NCBI GenBank assembly: GCA_040285745.1
Contig: JAUFOR010000001.1
Location: forward strand, 620,001-684,000
DNA length: 64,000 bases
DNA from: Barthelona sp. PCE
Taxonomy: Eukaryota
Reading direction: 5' to 3'
Under the pieces are notes generated by a model that was not told the origin of the DNA, did no database searches, and worked only from the letters and a program-made list of their open reading frames with translations. Each line of letters starts with the position of its first letter. The first letter of the stretch is position 1. Positions 62,336-64,000 of this stretch are shown here, one piece after another. A program made the position numbers and the translations under genes.

Positions 62336-64000
62336 CTAAAATAAACTTTTGACATCATTTAGCTTGTGATCTCGGGTCGACTCCACGTTTGTTAGCAAGT
62401 TTCTAAGTGATTGTGATGAAGTAGTACGCTTCAATGAAGAAACTGAACTGGCAAAAGCACTCTTCTTCAAAATAGGGCCTGTGGAGCGCGGATTGCCATA
62501 TATATCTGTCTCTCTCACTGAACTTTGTGAAGATTTTGGTGTTCCAACGAGTGAATTTGGAGATGATCTATTGGGACTATTTCGAGTAACACTACGTGGT
62601 GAATCGTGTGAGGGAATCTTTAAGGGTGTGAGATTATTAGAAGATTTAGATAATGAAGATTTTTTTTTTTCGCTATCCATACCAAAAATTCTTTTTTCAA
62701 TATTTGTTAATGCTGGATTTGTATTAACTTCTCTCATTATTTCCATCTTCCTTGACGTCTTGCGAATAGAGCTATAAGTTGAGTCATACATACTAGTTTT
62801 TCTTTTAGGTTTTAACCTGATCTTTTCATATATAGTTTCTCTGGATTGCTGTAATTTTTGTGATAATAGTGATTGCACAACGCTCATAACCTCCAATAGA
62901 TAGTGTTTAGGCTTCTCTTTCTTTATAATACGTGGTTCATTAACATCTACAACAGAAGCTGTTAAAGAAGGGAATAATTCTGTTTGATTAGTCTTCTGTA
63001 ATGTTATTAATTCAATGTGGTTGAAACCTAAAGTCAATGCAAGGAATTCAAGACTGTTTGTTAGCATTAATATAAACTGTTCATTTTGTTGATTTTCGAA
63101 AGAAAATAATTGAGTCATTGATTCGATTCGTTCTAACTCTGTTTCCAAGTTCTTTGCTAATTTCATACCACTAAGAGAATCTGCTGATGCTGCTGATGTT
63201 CTAAATTGAGCTAATTCTTTACGTAAACCTAATATTGATGACTCCAAATCGACTTGCATATTATTAAGGGAATTGATATAATTTGTAATACCTGAATTAA
63301 GATCTGAATTTGCCATAATTTGTCTTAAAAAATGTTCTAAACTCAAAAAATCCTTAGTTAACGTCATATTTGTTGATGTGTGTAGTAGATTTAGTAATTC
63401 ACTCATTTTGTTTCGTTTAGATGTTGAATTGTCTAATTCAATCAGATTTGTGAAATTTGATTTCTTCTGAACCCTCTTTCGCTCACGAACAGGCTTTTCC
63501 TTATCAATGTTCTTAGCAGCATTATTACCAGTCTCTTTTAGTTCTTCTAACTCGATCTGCCACTTTTCTTTCTCAGAATTGTACAATAGCATGTAATCTT
63601 TGAGCTCTTTTCTGATTTGATTTTGATTCTTTTTGACTAAATTCTTCTTGATACTCAATTTTTCATTAAAATCTAACAAATTCTGTTTTTTGGTTAATAA
63701 ATTGTTATATTTCTGATCTAAACTGTTAAATAACAACCTAAAGTTGTTCAATTCTATTGTAAAAACCTTTATACTGCTCTTTAATTCAATTAAGTAAGAA
63801 TTCTTTTCTTCAATCTCAAAATTTAATTGATCAATCACATCTTTCAATTCTTCAATCATCTTCTGATTTTTTGCGCTATTTAGACCCTGTTGATTACTTA
63901 ACATTGCTGTTTTACCTTCCAAATTTTTAATATCTTCTAGCAATTTCCTATTCTTCTCATTCTCTACATTTATATTGTTTTGCAATCTACTTTTGATCGA
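62336..64000 (-). CDS. Long coiled-coil protein with Ser-rich tail, 5' partial
   Basis: Frame stays open to the window end; heptad-rich. Confidence 0.8.
   Translation of the reverse strand, partial: SIKSRLQNNINVENEKNRKLLEDIKNLEGKTAMLSNQQGLNSAKNQKMIEELKDVIDQLNFEIEEKNSYLIELKSSIKVFTIELNNFRLLFNSLDQKYNNLLTKKQNLLDFNEKLSIKKNLVKKNQNQIRKELKDYMLLYNSEKEKWQIELEELKETGNNAAKNIDKEKPVRERKRVQKKSNFTNLIELDNSTSKRNKMSELLNLLHTSTNMTLTKDFLSLEHFLRQIMANSDLNSGITNYINSLNNMQVDLESSILGLRKELAQFRTSAASADSLSGMKLAKNLETELERIESMTQLFSFENQQNEQFILMLTNSLEFLALTLGFNHIELITLQKTNQTELFPSLTASVVDVNEPRIIKKEKPKHYLLEVMSVVQSLLSQKLQQSRETIYEKIRLKPKRKTSMYDSTYSSIRKTSRKMEIMREVNTNPALTNIEKRIFGMDSEKKKSSLSKSSNNLTPLKIPSHDSPRSVTRNSPNRSSPNSLVGTPKSSQSSVRETDIYGNPRSTGPILKKSAFASSVSSLKRTTSSQSLRNLLTNVESTRDHKLNDVKSLF

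Noticed and set aside
10424..62777. Numerous short antisense or alternative-frame ORFs nested in long genes
   Set aside because: These are shadows of the real CDSs, with no independent motifs.

Overview
This is a very gene-dense, intron-poor, AT-rich stretch of a unicellular eukaryote nuclear genome using the standard code. Epsilon-tubulin implies basal bodies or centrioles. The compact layout and the promoter and poly(A) motifs look metamonad-like, but that is inference. I can support about 38 protein-coding genes. They include RPL36A and a SERBP1/Stm1-like gene (each with one spliceosomal intron missed by the ORF track), a GT90 glycosyltransferase, nicalin-like, XRCC2-like, a TUTase/non-canonical PAP, a Rubicon-homology protein, WDR44, a saposin, Cdc15-like and CK1/TTBK kinases, a class II aldolase-domain protein, MFS and half-size ABCA transporters, INTS11-like, STI1, an SBDS fusion, epsilon-tubulin, RasGEF, MADS-box, GST, LZIC, FHA, TRIC-like, LSm, tandem PC4, ZnF-PHD-SET, ICMT-like and TBC1D20-like. 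Main points of interest: (1) a giant (>2,500 aa) signal-peptide/IPT-TIG surface protein, mostly absent from the ORF track and broken by two compensating frame changes; (2) a 310-nt structured intron and an intergenic multi-hairpin element, both candidate ncRNAs; (3) a compact gene grammar of stop codons embedded in RTAAA signals, overlapping convergent stops, four 56-57 nt tandem spacers and a YCATTT initiator-like motif; (4) unusual proteins, namely SBDS with a ~630-aa extension, a degenerate SET protein and a probable laterally acquired aldolase-like gene. I saw no tRNA, rRNA, CRISPR array or transposon. All family calls come from motif recognition by eye, not from database searches.
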